This document shows positions 18,223 through 27,544 of a DNA stretch of 64,000 nucleotides, one piece after another. How positions within the stretch are numbered: the first letter of the stretch is position 1; the number at the start of each line of letters is the position of its first letter. The position numbers were made by a program, and so were the translations under genes. The notes under the pieces were generated by a model that saw nothing but the letters and a program-made list of their open reading frames with translations, was not told the origin of the DNA and did no database searches. Origin of the DNA: Candidatus Latescibacterota bacterium (lineage in GTDB: Bacteria > Latescibacterota > UBA2968); assembly GCA_965116885.1 (NCBI GenBank), contig OZ220741.1:1600001-1664000 (forward strand), in the 5' to 3' direction.

Positions 18223-19749
18223 TTAGTTGTTCCTGGATGATTCAGCATAGGACACATACGCCGATCGCACGATTTCTTCGGACAGTTTGCCGCGGATGGC
18301 ATAATTGCGGCGACGTGCCCAGTATCTCGCCCACCGTTCGTCGCTGGCTATCCAATTATCCCAATAGAAGACGCCATTTACTATACCAGGATACTGCGCC
18401 ATGGTGTTGATTAATGCCTTGTAGATGTTGGCCTGCGTTTCTCGCCCGTCATCCAGCCCATTGTGGTTAGAGTCGGTAAATACGAATCGCCGGTTTTGCG
18501 CTGATGCATCACCTGGCCGTTCGGGTGTTTCAACCACATCCATAGCGCCGTATTCGGTAAATACAATGGGCCGGTCGGGGTTTGTGTTCGCAAGCGGAAT
18601 AAGCTGGTTTTGGAATATCTGCCTGTAACGCACCTGGAAACTTTCGACGCTCAGTACTGTTGACGGACGCGCGTCTGTCAGTGGAAACCACGCACTGATG
18701 CCTATGAGGTCGAGATCGAGGTCTGCCCATAGATGACCTGCGCCCGATCCCGGTCCGTAAAAGTGGGATGCTGCGAGTACGTCGTAGTGCATGTCATAGG
18801 TTAGCAGGCCACTGTACACGGCGCGCACACTTTCTACCATTGATCTGAGTTCTCGACCAAAATCATTGGTCATATAGCCTCCTGAACGCGTGCGAAAGAG
18901 CCGGTCAGTCTCCGTGCCCAATGAGTATAAACGCACGCCTTCGGCCTCTGCTATTCTGGCAAAATGTACCGCCTGTTGCGTATAGGTCGCCCAAAATTCG
19001 GCGACAAAACGCCGGTGATCCGGATGATCTGGACGCCAGGGCCAGTGTTGGGGGAGTATCACCCCATAGACATTCGAATTATCTGGCGGAACGCCGCGAG
19101 GTGCCGGGTCTCCGAGTTGCCACCTGCGTACCGGGCGTGCAGCGGTTTCTGCCTCATAGGCTTCGAATGCCAGGGTTAGATATACGTCTATTCCGTGATT
19201 TCTAAATTCTCGGATCAATTGTCTGAGTGCTTCATTTGAAAAAGTGCGAATATCTACATTTGATGCGTACACGCGTTCGACTGTGCTGTCCATGCTGTCG
19301 TCGTAATGCAGCGCGACGGAAAGGCCGATCCAGTTTACATGCAGGCTCTTTAGCCATTCGATATAGTCCATAGGTATGAGCGTTCCGATCCTTCCAGCGG
19401 CTTCCCATCTATCTACGACATCGCCAGTATCTCCCCAATTGCCCGCAGCATGAATGGCGCGTAGCGGAAATTTTATTATCGTGTCTATCGTCTGGGGCAC
19501 TGTTTTGCCAAAGTCGCTGGCAAAGATCAGAAAGTCTGAAAATGCAATCGCGCCATCGCCATCCAGGTCGAATCGGTCTTCATACGTCTCATCACCACGA
19601 CTTGTCCCGAAGTGTTCGACAAATAGCAAAAAGTCTGGAAGATCCACAACGCCGTTTCCGTCAAAGTCGGGGAGAGGGGTGTGTGATGCGTGCGCCCAGG
19701 TCCATAGACAGCTTGCCATGACTACAAGCGCGATACACAAACGCTTCAT
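18223..19749 (-). CDS. Secreted dockerin/EF-hand protein with GH113-like TIM-barrel glycoside hydrolase
   Basis: PDFDGNGVVDLPDFLLF module; SLGTET, DLIGISAWFPL, IVFTEYG, GVFYW clan-A-like motifs. Confidence 0.7.
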   Translation of the reverse strand: MKRLCIALVVMASCLWTWAHASHTPLPDFDGNGVVDLPDFLLFVEHFGTSRGDETYEDRFDLDGDGAIAFSDFLIFASDFGKTVPQTIDTIIKFPLRAIHAAGNWGDTGDVVDRWEAAGRIGTLIPMDYIEWLKSLHVNWIGLSVALHYDDSMDSTVERVYASNVDIRTFSNEALRQLIREFRNHGIDVYLTLAFEAYEAETAARPVRRWQLGDPAPRGVPPDNSNVYGVILPQHWPWRPDHPDHRRFVAEFWATYTQQAVHFARIAEAEGVRLYSLGTETDRLFRTRSGGYMTNDFGRELRSMVESVRAVYSGLLTYDMHYDVLAASHFYGPGSGAGHLWADLDLDLIGISAWFPLTDARPSTVLSVESFQVRYRQIFQNQLIPLANTNPDRPIVFTEYGAMDVVETPERPGDASAQNRRFVFTDSNHNGLDDGRETQANIYKALINTMAQYPGIVNGVFYWDNWIASDERWARYWARRRNYAIRGKLSEEIVRSAYVSYAESSRNN

Positions 19750-19960
19750 GCTGCGCCTTTCTGTGCATTGTTAAAAAGAACACGCGCCCAAAATATATTT
19801 TCAAGGGCGATAGGCAAGCGTATTTGACCTGTTCTATTGAGAAAAATCCAATGATTTAGAAATGGCCGTTGGGCTTTTTGTGTGGTTTATTCTCATTCTA
19901 TGTGCGGTATTGTATGCCATATCTCAATGTTAGAGAACGATTCATACTATTTTTCAGTTT

Positions 19961-20022
19961 TACAACAGTTTTGTTGACATTTATATTTTTACAACAGTTT
20001 TGTTTACAACAATCTTGTTGAA
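19961..20022. promoter_or_regulatory. Three CAAC-N6-GTTG-type palindromic operator-like sites
   Basis: TACAACAGTTTTGTTGAC, TACAACAGTTTTGTTTAC, TACAACAATCTTGTTGAA directly upstream of the ATPase operon. Confidence 0.65.
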
Positions 20023-20046
20023 TATTAAAAAAGAAAGAGAGGTCCC

Positions 20047-20356
20047 ATGAAATCATTCACCGGCCCCCCGGTCATCGGTGACAACTTTTTTGATCGCGAT
20101 CGCGAGTTGCAGATATTGGAAAGGCGGGTCCGTGACGGCAACCACATATTGCTGACAGGACAGCGGCGCATGGGAAAGACCAGTATAGCCCGAGAACTCG
20201 GGCGACGGCTTGAGGACAAGGGGTTGGGACCGCGATACCAGTGTAGAGTGTTTTCAACCGCGTCTGCTGAAGGACTGGTGGGCGTCGCGTTTCCGCAATC
20301 ACATATCTCTCGAAAAGCGCCGTTCTGAAGACGAATCACCGGGAGACGTACCATGA
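20047..20356 (+). pseudogene. P-loop ATPase remnant with large internal deletion
   Basis: N-terminal FFDRDREL...GQRRMGKTS (Walker A) joined out of frame to a C-terminal RLLKDWW...GDVP* whose TGA overlaps the next ATG. Confidence 0.8.
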
Positions 20357-22152
20357 ACGAATTATACAACATGTCGATCCGGAAGTTCAATCCGGGGACG
20401 CTCCAATCAGACGAGGAAGTGATTGAGCAGTTTGTGGTCAGGAAACGCGAACTCGATATCGCGCTTGAGGTGCTGCGCGGTAATATCGATTCACCATCGT
20501 GTCAGCATGTTCTGGTCGTTGCGCCTCGCGGTCTGGGAAAGACCATGCTCCTCGCGCGGATCGCGGCGGAGTTGAATACGGATGCCGAATTCTCCGAGTG
20601 TCTTTTGCCGGTTCGGTTTATGGAAGAGAGTCATGAGATATTCAATATCGCTGATTTTTGGCTCGAAACCTTGTTCCATCTTGCACGGGAAGGTGCCAGG
20701 CACGATCCCGTGCTCGCACGGGGACTGCGAGAGACATACGCCGACCTGGCTGATCGCTGGCTCGAGAAGGAACTCGCGAATCGCGTCCTTGCTGCTGTCC
20801 TGGACGCGGCGGATCGGCTGGGCAAGAAACTCGTTCTCATGGTCGAAAACCTGCAGACGCTCTACGAAGACGTAGATGAAGATTTCGGCTGGCAGCTACG
20901 CGGCACATTGCAAACGGAGCCTCAGATTATGTTGCTCACCACCGCTACGAGTCGTTTCAAAGGGCTGGACGACGCGGAGCAGCCGTTCTTTGAGCAGTTT
21001 CGAATACTGGATCTGGAACCTTTGAATACCGAAGAATGCCGTCGTTTGTGGCAGATCGTCAGCGACGACGAGGTGAGTGATCGCGAGATCAGGCCGCTTG
21101 AGATCCTGACTGGTGGGAATCCCCGTCTCCTGGTCATCATTGCCGAGTTCGCGCAGCATCAGTCATTGAGTCAGTTGATGGAAGAGCTTGTGACGCTGAT
21201 TGACGAGCATACCGAGTATTTCCGCGGTCACCTGGAGGTCTTGCCTAAGAGCGAACGCCGCGTGTACCTTTCGGTGATTGACCTTTGGCAGCCGTCGAGC
21301 GCGGGCGAGATTGCGGTGCGGGCGCGCATGGATGTTCGATACGTATCGACCATGCTCGGACGACTCGTCAACCGGGGTGCGGTCACTTTTAAGGGTACTG
21401 GTAGGAAGCGTCAGTACGAAGCCGTAGAACGCCTCTACAGCATCTATTACAAACTGAGACGCGAACGCGACGATAGGGCTTTGGTAGAAAACCTGATCAA
21501 TTTCATGGTAGCTTTCTACGGTATAGGAGAACTATACCAGATGTCCAGCAAGCTGATTTCGGAGACGACGATTATTCGCGAGGAAAATGACACTGAAGGG
21601 GAAATTGCAGCCTACAATGAGGTGATCAAGTGCTTTAGCGACCAACAGATAAATGTAGCCATCGCGTTGAGCTACAAGGGAATGAGAGAAGCCGAGATGG
21701 GGCGTGCAGCAGCAGCTTTACAAACCTGCAAAGAACTCGAACAAAGACTCGATACCTTGCCCAAAGACGGAAAAGCTTGGATTAGATGGCGAGCAATGGG
21801 TGTGCGGGCACTGGCACTGATGGTAAAGAAAAAGCGTCGGGCCGCCATGGATGCATTTCGCTCCGCGTATGCCGCGTTTCTTCCCAACAACGAAATCACC
21901 CTGCACGAGATGCAAAGAATTGTCCCCGGGTTGATAGCAAACGGTGCCCCGGAGCGAGATCTCATCGAGATCCTGTCCAGCGACAAGGAGAAAGCGGACG
22001 CGTTGGTGCCCCTCATTGTTGCCCTGCGAGAGCGTACCGGCGAGGTGGTTCGCGCACCTGTGGAAGTCCTTGAGGTCGCGAAGGATATTAACAAGAATAT
22101 TGACGCCGAAATGGCGAATTGCGATGGGGAACTGGCAGGTTTACATATCTGA
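20353..22152 (+). CDS. STAND-like P-loop ATPase + winged HTH + short TPR region (paralog 1)
   Basis: APRGLGKT Walker A, LMVENLQ Walker B, LTGGNPR, wHTH EIAVRARMDVRYVSTMLGRLV. Confidence 0.8.
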   Translation: MNELYNMSIRKFNPGTLQSDEEVIEQFVVRKRELDIALEVLRGNIDSPSCQHVLVVAPRGLGKTMLLARIAAELNTDAEFSECLLPVRFMEESHEIFNIADFWLETLFHLAREGARHDPVLARGLRETYADLADRWLEKELANRVLAAVLDAADRLGKKLVLMVENLQTLYEDVDEDFGWQLRGTLQTEPQIMLLTTATSRFKGLDDAEQPFFEQFRILDLEPLNTEECRRLWQIVSDDEVSDREIRPLEILTGGNPRLLVIIAEFAQHQSLSQLMEELVTLIDEHTEYFRGHLEVLPKSERRVYLSVIDLWQPSSAGEIAVRARMDVRYVSTMLGRLVNRGAVTFKGTGRKRQYEAVERLYSIYYKLRRERDDRALVENLINFMVAFYGIGELYQMSSKLISETTIIREENDTEGEIAAYNEVIKCFSDQQINVAIALSYKGMREAEMGRAAAALQTCKELEQRLDTLPKDGKAWIRWRAMGVRALALMVKKKRRAAMDAFRSAYAAFLPNNEITLHEMQRIVPGLIANGAPERDLIEILSSDKEKADALVPLIVALRERTGEVVRAPVEVLEVAKDINKNIDAEMANCDGELAGLHI

Positions 22153-22164
22153 AGTTCTTATAGG

Positions 22165-22203
22165 AAAAGCCCAACGGTTTGGAGAAGGCCGTTGGGCTTT
22201 TTT
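22165..22203. terminator. Bidirectional terminator (degenerate copy at ~19842-19880)
   Basis: AAAAGCCCAACGG-loop-CCGTTGGGCTTTTTT. Confidence 0.8.
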
Positions 22204-22259
22204 GTGTGGTTTTCTCTGGCTTCCGCCAGGGTCAAGGCCGATTTAAAACTCATTTTTCC

Positions 22260-22349
22260 CTACGTTCCATGTTCCATTGATAGGAGCGTTCCGACTCTTT
22301 GTAAAACCGCATCGCCGCGCTGTGGAACGCACTCGTCTGGCTTCACCAT
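22260..22349 (-). pseudogene. mazF: MazF toxin remnant (in-frame internal deletion)
   Basis: MVKPDECVPQRGDAV|LQRVGTLLSMEHGT: MazF-like N- and C-termini fused; overlaps the mazE stop. Confidence 0.75.
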
Positions 22350-22585
22350 ATTTCACCGCCTACAGCAGGTCCAGTATCTATTTCACCGTGTAAGTTGTGC
22401 TCGGTCACCTGGGATAGAAGGTCGTCCAATTTCAAGTCAGATGGCTTTACAGGTTCAATGACCAATTCCTTACCACGCAGCGATAATTCGACCGGCGAAT
22501 TGGGTTCAAGCCCGATCTGGACAGCGAGTGGTTTGGGAATACGCAGGGCCAAACTATTGCCCCATTTCTGCACACGGGTTTCCAT
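22343..22585 (-). CDS. mazE: AbrB/MazE/SpoVT-family antitoxin
   Basis: VQKWGNSLALRIPK...LDDLLSQVT..NLHGEIDTG.AVGGEIW; GAGGAG RBS. Confidence 0.92.
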   Translation of the reverse strand: METRVQKWGNSLALRIPKPLAVQIGLEPNSPVELSLRGKELVIEPVKPSDLKLDDLLSQVTEHNLHGEIDTGPAVGGEIW

Positions 22586-22727
22586 ATCTTCCTCCTCTAA
22601 ATAGTAGATACATTGAGACTTAGAACTTATCAAGGCCAATTTTGCATCCCTCACGAAGTGGCAATACAATACGCGATATTGCATGTCATATCCCATTGGT
22701 AGAGAATGACTTATATCGACTTCGCAC

Positions 22728-22836
22728 TTTTGTCCACAATTTGGTTGACAAAAACTTTTGGAATATTATTTTGTCAACTGTTTAGTTGACAAAAACTTTT
22801 GGAATATTATTTCGTCAACTGTTTAGTTGACAAAAA
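22728..22836. repeat. 41-bp tandem repeat carrying GTCAAC-TGTTTA-GTTGAC palindromes
   Basis: GTTGACAAAAA at 22744, 22785 and 22826; a first imperfect palindrome GTCCACAATTTGGTTGAC. Confidence 0.85.
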
Positions 22837-22862
22837 TTTAATGAATCATCAGGAGACGCGTA

Positions 22863-25322
22863 ATGAACAATTGTGATCGACCAATCCGCAAGTTCAATCC
22901 GGGGACGTTTCAGTCCGACGAGGAGGTGATTGAGCAGTTCGCGGTGAGGAAACACGAACTCGATACGGTGCTTGGGGTGCTGCGTAGGAATATCGGTTCA
23001 CCATCGTGTCAGCACGTTCTGGTGGTCGCGCCTCGGGGTCGGGGAAAGACGATGTTGCTCGCGCGCGTTTCGGCGGAACTGAATACTGACGAGGAACTCT
23101 TCAGGTGTTTTTTGCCGGTTCGGTTTATGGAGGAGAGTCACGAGATATTCGATCTCGCGGATTTTTGGCTGGAGACTTTGTTTTATCTTGCGCAGGAGAG
23201 TGTCAGATACGATTCCGCGCTCGCACAGGAGTTGCGAGAGGCGCACGCCGATCTGACCGATCACTGGGACGAGGCATCGCTCGCGGATCGCGCCCGTAAT
23301 ACTGTTCTGGACGCGGCGGATGGGTTGGGTAAAAAGCTCGTTCTTATGGTGGAAAATCTGCAGGCACTCTGCGAAGATGTGGATGACGATTTTGGCTGGC
23401 AGTTGCGCGGCGCGTTGGAATCCGAGCCTCGGATCGTGTTGCTCGCTACTGCGACGAGTCGCTTTGAGGGGTTGGAAAATGCAGCGGAGCCGTTTTTTGA
23501 GTTGTTCCGAATTGTCGATTTGGAACCGCTGAGCACTGAGGACTGCTGCCGTCTGTGGGAGGTGGTCAGTGGCGATGTGGTGACTGAGCGCGAGATCAGG
23601 CCGCTCGAGATCCTGACCGGTGGCAATCCCCGTCTTCTAATCATGGTTGCCGAGTTCGCGCAGCACAGGTCGTTGCGCCAGTTGATGGAAGAACTGGTGA
23701 CGCTGATTGACGAGCATACCGAGTATTTTCGCGGTTATCTGGAGGCTTTGCCCAGGAGCGAGCGTCGCGTGTATCTCGCGTTGATTGATTTTTGGCGACC
23801 ATCGAGTACGAGCGAGATCGCGGCACGGGCGCGTATGGGGGTTCGGCCCGTATCGACTATGCTCGGTCGGCTTGTCAGTCGGGGTGCGGTCGTCGTGGAG
23901 GGGACTGGCAGGAAGCGATTGTACGCCGCAGGGGAACCTCTCTATAGCATCTATTACAAGCTGCGGCGCGAGCGCGACGAGGCGACAGGTATGAGGCGTC
24001 TGATCCATTTCATGATGGCGTTTTACGGGATAGGCAAGTTGTACCAGATGTCTGGTCGGCTGAGTTTGGAGGCGGCAGAGTCAAAGGTTATTCGCGAGGG
24101 TATTGAGCGTGCGCTCGCCGAACAACCGGATGTTGAGGACAGTTTTTTACGCGTGGCAGGGTCGGCTGTCGAATATATATCGGATAAAGCGACGGCAAAT
24201 GCGCCATTCACAGCGGAACTGCGTTTAAAAGAGGAGATCCGAACGGCGCTCGATGAGAAAGAATTTGAAAGGGTTATCGAGATTGGTGACCATTTTATCG
24301 CTTCAGGAGGCGTGGATGTATCTCTGATGCCAGAGTCTCTGCTTGCCTACATCTTGCATATGAGGGCTATTGCTTATGAAAAATTGGAGAATTTCCAGGG
24401 GGTGGTCGCGGTTTGCGATGAGATGGTTGAGCGTTTCGACGACGCGAGCGACCATACACTTCAGGCGCGGATGGCTCGCGTATTGATCCACGGGGCAAGA
24501 GCGCGATATGAACTCGGAGAGTTGGGGTTGGTGATGTCGGCATATGAGGAGGTGATTGAGCGTTTTGGTGCCAGCGACGCGCCCGATTTCCAGTTTCCGG
24601 TCGCTCTGGCGCTGTTAAAAAAGGGAGATTTGCAAGTTCAACAGAGAGAGTTGGGGCTGGCGGTGTCTGTATATGAAGAGGTGATTGCCCGCTTTGGCGC
24701 CAGCGATGCATCGGGGATTCAGGTTTTGGTCGCCTGGGCGTTGTCCCAAAAGGGAGATTTGCAAGTTCAGCTAAGAGAGTTGGATTTGGCGATGTCAGCG
24801 TATGAAGAGGTGATCGAGCGTTTTGGTGCCAGCGATGTGCCAGCGATCCGGGTTCTGATCGCCTGGGCATTATCCCAAAAGGGTATGATACAAATTAAGG
24901 TGGAGCGTATGAAAGAAGCTATGCTCATAAGTGAAGAGCTTGAGGGAAGACTCGGTGCGTTGGCTGACGATGAGAAGGTGGTGTTTGTATGGCGAGCAAG
25001 GTATGTCCAGGCTTTGGCATTGCTGCTCAGGAACAGACTACGGATGGCTATGGATGTATTTCAGTCGGCGTATGCGGTGTTCTTACCTGACAACGAGACG
25101 ATGATGTATGAGATGCTACAACTCGTGCCCGATTTGATCGCAAACGGTGCCTCGGAGCCTGATCTTGTCGATATTCTCCTGTCCAGGGGGAAATCCGATG
25201 CGTTGGAACCGCTTATTGTTGCCTTACGACAGCGTTCCGGCGAGGTGGTTCGCGCGCCTGTGGAGGTTCTTGAGGTGGCGAGGGATATTAACAAGCGTAT
25301 TGAGTTTTTTCTAAATGCATGA
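22863..25322 (+). CDS. STAND-like P-loop ATPase + winged HTH + TPR repeats (paralog 2)
   Basis: APRGRGKT, LMVENLQ, LTGGNPR; 43-aa repeats; highly similar to 20353-22152. Confidence 0.85.
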   Translation: MNNCDRPIRKFNPGTFQSDEEVIEQFAVRKHELDTVLGVLRRNIGSPSCQHVLVVAPRGRGKTMLLARVSAELNTDEELFRCFLPVRFMEESHEIFDLADFWLETLFYLAQESVRYDSALAQELREAHADLTDHWDEASLADRARNTVLDAADGLGKKLVLMVENLQALCEDVDDDFGWQLRGALESEPRIVLLATATSRFEGLENAAEPFFELFRIVDLEPLSTEDCCRLWEVVSGDVVTEREIRPLEILTGGNPRLLIMVAEFAQHRSLRQLMEELVTLIDEHTEYFRGYLEALPRSERRVYLALIDFWRPSSTSEIAARARMGVRPVSTMLGRLVSRGAVVVEGTGRKRLYAAGEPLYSIYYKLRRERDEATGMRRLIHFMMAFYGIGKLYQMSGRLSLEAAESKVIREGIERALAEQPDVEDSFLRVAGSAVEYISDKATANAPFTAELRLKEEIRTALDEKEFERVIEIGDHFIASGGVDVSLMPESLLAYILHMRAIAYEKLENFQGVVAVCDEMVERFDDASDHTLQARMARVLIHGARARYELGELGLVMSAYEEVIERFGASDAPDFQFPVALALLKKGDLQVQQRELGLAVSVYEEVIARFGASDASGIQVLVAWALSQKGDLQVQLRELDLAMSAYEEVIERFGASDVPAIRVLIAWALSQKGMIQIKVERMKEAMLISEELEGRLGALADDEKVVFVWRARYVQALALLLRNRLRMAMDVFQSAYAVFLPDNETMMYEMLQLVPDLIANGASEPDLVDILLSRGKSDALEPLIVALRQRSGEVVRAPVEVLEVARDINKRIEFFLNA
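24519..24885 (+). repeat. 129-bp (43-aa) tandem TPR-like coding repeats
   Basis: EL.L..S.YEEVI.RFGASD units start at 24519, 24648 and 24777. Confidence 0.9.
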
Positions 25323-25391
25323 AAACATTAAAATTTAAAAAACATAATATGAATACGCGATCTTGCTTTTTGCCAATCCCGTTTTATTTTT

Positions 25392-26576
25392 TTAAAATGT
25401 GTCTCCCAATATGCGAATGAATAATGTGCCGCTAAATCGCACTTGTGCGCGTTTCAGTATTTCGATTTTTTGTTTTTTTTCTGTAAGTTCTTGTTCCATT
25501 CGCCTCAATTTAAGATAGTGAATTGGCGGATAAGTCCTTTTTGAGATTTCCAGTTTTTCACAAATTCTCAATATTTCCTCCGATAGATTTTTTTCGCGTT
25601 CTGATAAGTTTTGAAGGATGGGCTGAAGTCGAGAGATGTTCTCTTTTTGGGCAAATTGAAATTTCAATGACCGGGGGGCGATGGTGATGGCATTGGGGGT
25701 TTCGCGTCCGGGAGAGAATGTATCAGATGATTTGAGCTGTCCAGATACAAGACTGTTTTCGGGGATCTGATTTACCAGTTGCTCATAGGTTTCGTCTTTT
25801 AACTGGCGTATCTGTATTTTTACGGGGCGATCTGTTTCTCGCACGCGCACTTTGTCTGGTAAGATGGCGCCGTGCTCTCCGCATGTTTGAACCCGTCCGT
25901 TGACTATGATCCAGAACATGGCGGGTTTGGCGTCGAGGATTACACCTTCTCCGCGTACGTGCTCCCGCGTGTGTCGCCAGCGTCCTTCAAAGGTTAAGAT
26001 GGTTTCTGTGTCGGCTCTGCGATAATTTGCGTATGCAGCAGAGGGGGTGGCCATGAGGTATCTGAATGATTGCCAGATGCCTCCCATGTGCAATATGGGC
26101 AGAAATATCAGGAGCATAAGCAAAAGTCCGATTAACAGACAACCTTCTCCCGTAGATCCAGTTTTGATTCTGTATTTTGCGTTGCCGGGAAAGACACAGG
26201 GCGCTGAATAGGGATAAAACAGGGGTACACCGCTTTTGGTGGCGCAATCGGCGATTATATGGCTCATATAGCCCAGGATTAGGGCCGTGTAACACGGAAT
26301 TTGCCAGATGAGCAAGGGCCAGATCATAACCGATAGGGTGAGCAGGCAGAGCAACGAGTGTGTGATGGTGCGGTGTCCCCATTGCTTCTCGATGGGGATG
26401 GAGGCAAATGGGAGCACGCGACCGATATAACTGCGTGGGGAATCTATATCCGGGAGCACGCTGCCTATGATGGTGCCTGCGATAGCGGGGAGGTTGTGGT
26501 GAAGGGGCATGGAGAAGAAGGAAAAGGATCCCGCTACGGTGAGTAGTCCAAATGCAATATGTGTGGGAGCTGTCAT
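25392..26576 (-). CDS. YdjM/DUF457-like metal-dependent inner-membrane hydrolase with C-terminal extension
   Basis: TH, GSVLPDID, HRTITHSL, SHIIAD, GVPLFYP motifs. Confidence 0.85.
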   Translation of the reverse strand: MTAPTHIAFGLLTVAGSFSFFSMPLHHNLPAIAGTIIGSVLPDIDSPRSYIGRVLPFASIPIEKQWGHRTITHSLLCLLTLSVMIWPLLIWQIPCYTALILGYMSHIIADCATKSGVPLFYPYSAPCVFPGNAKYRIKTGSTGEGCLLIGLLLMLLIFLPILHMGGIWQSFRYLMATPSAAYANYRRADTETILTFEGRWRHTREHVRGEGVILDAKPAMFWIIVNGRVQTCGEHGAILPDKVRVRETDRPVKIQIRQLKDETYEQLVNQIPENSLVSGQLKSSDTFSPGRETPNAITIAPRSLKFQFAQKENISRLQPILQNLSEREKNLSEEILRICEKLEISKRTYPPIHYLKLRRMEQELTEKKQKIEILKRAQVRFSGTLFIRILGDTF

Positions 26577-26680
26577 CGTTTGAACCTGTACTTGAAGAAG
26601 CGAATGCCTGCGATTTTTTGTTTTGATGATTGGTGCATCATGAGAAATACCCTCTTGTGCAGGTTGGTGTTGCAGTGTTT

Positions 26681-27475
26681 TCAAGATTGATTTTTCCCGT
26701 TTGAACGCGCATCGCGTTTTGTGGTGGTCACATCGACGAGGGTGCCGGGGCGGACATATTTTCCCGCATTTAAAAAGAGACCCGTTACTTTGCACGTCCC
26801 GCTTTGTGGATCGATGATGGGGCTGATCCCGATAATGCGACCGGACAGGGCGCGTTTTCCGCCGGCAGTTGGCACGGCAGACAGCGGCATATTTATCTGG
26901 ATCGCGTTCAGCTTGTCTTCGGGCACAAACAGATGTACCTGAAGATCCCTGGGGTCGATGATCCGCGCGACCTCGGTGTAAGCCAGTATCCAGTCGCCCG
27001 GCTTTACATTGACCTCGACCACCATCCCGTTCTGGGGTGCGATGATTGTGGTTTTGTCCAGTTCTATGCGCGTGGTGACCCAGTTGCAGTGCGCGACCTC
27101 GGCATCAAAGCGGACATTTTCAAGCTGTTGGTCACTGATCAGCTTCTTTTTATGCAACACTTCCCATCGCGCTTGCAAGGTCTGAGCTTTCTTCAGTGCA
27201 ATTCGGGCCGCGGTTTCCTTCAGGCGCAGATCTCGGCGGGTTAATACCATGAGGGTATCCCCTTTGACGACCAGATCTCCCTCATCAAAGTTGACGTGCT
27301 GTATCCGCGCATTCAGGCCAGCATAGACGGTCGCCGACCGCGCAGGTACTAAAGGTGCCCGCAATATGAGTTCTTCTGCGCCAGCTCTTGTGGCAATGAG
27401 GATGAGGAACAGACCGCAGAGAAACAAAGCGTTGTGTCCTATAAGGCGAAGAGTTGCAAATGACTGGTGAACCAT
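26681..27475 (-). CDS. RND efflux periplasmic adaptor (membrane fusion protein)
   Basis: Lipoyl halves (FDEGDLVVKGDTL; IIAPQNGMV..GDW), alpha-hairpin, ISPIIDPQSGT, RPG. Confidence 0.85.
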   Translation of the reverse strand: MVHQSFATLRLIGHNALFLCGLFLILIATRAGAEELILRAPLVPARSATVYAGLNARIQHVNFDEGDLVVKGDTLMVLTRRDLRLKETAARIALKKAQTLQARWEVLHKKKLISDQQLENVRFDAEVAHCNWVTTRIELDKTTIIAPQNGMVVEVNVKPGDWILAYTEVARIIDPRDLQVHLFVPEDKLNAIQINMPLSAVPTAGGKRALSGRIIGISPIIDPQSGTCKVTGLFLNAGKYVRPGTLVDVTTTKRDARSNGKNQS

Positions 27476-27528
27476 GAGAAACGCCCTCCTGTGTGGGTTG
27501 GGATTGAAACTTCGTGCCCTTCATATAG

Positions 27529-27544
27529 CGCAAATACCGTGCCA
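27529..27544 (-). promoter_or_regulatory. Sigma54 (-24/-12) promoter
   Basis: TGGCACG-GTAT-TTGCG ~55 bp upstream of the adaptor ATG. Confidence 0.8.

Noticed and set aside
22728..22836. Mini CRISPR array
   Set aside because: Intervening sequences are essentially identical (pure tandem repeat), only ~2.5 units, and no cas genes are present
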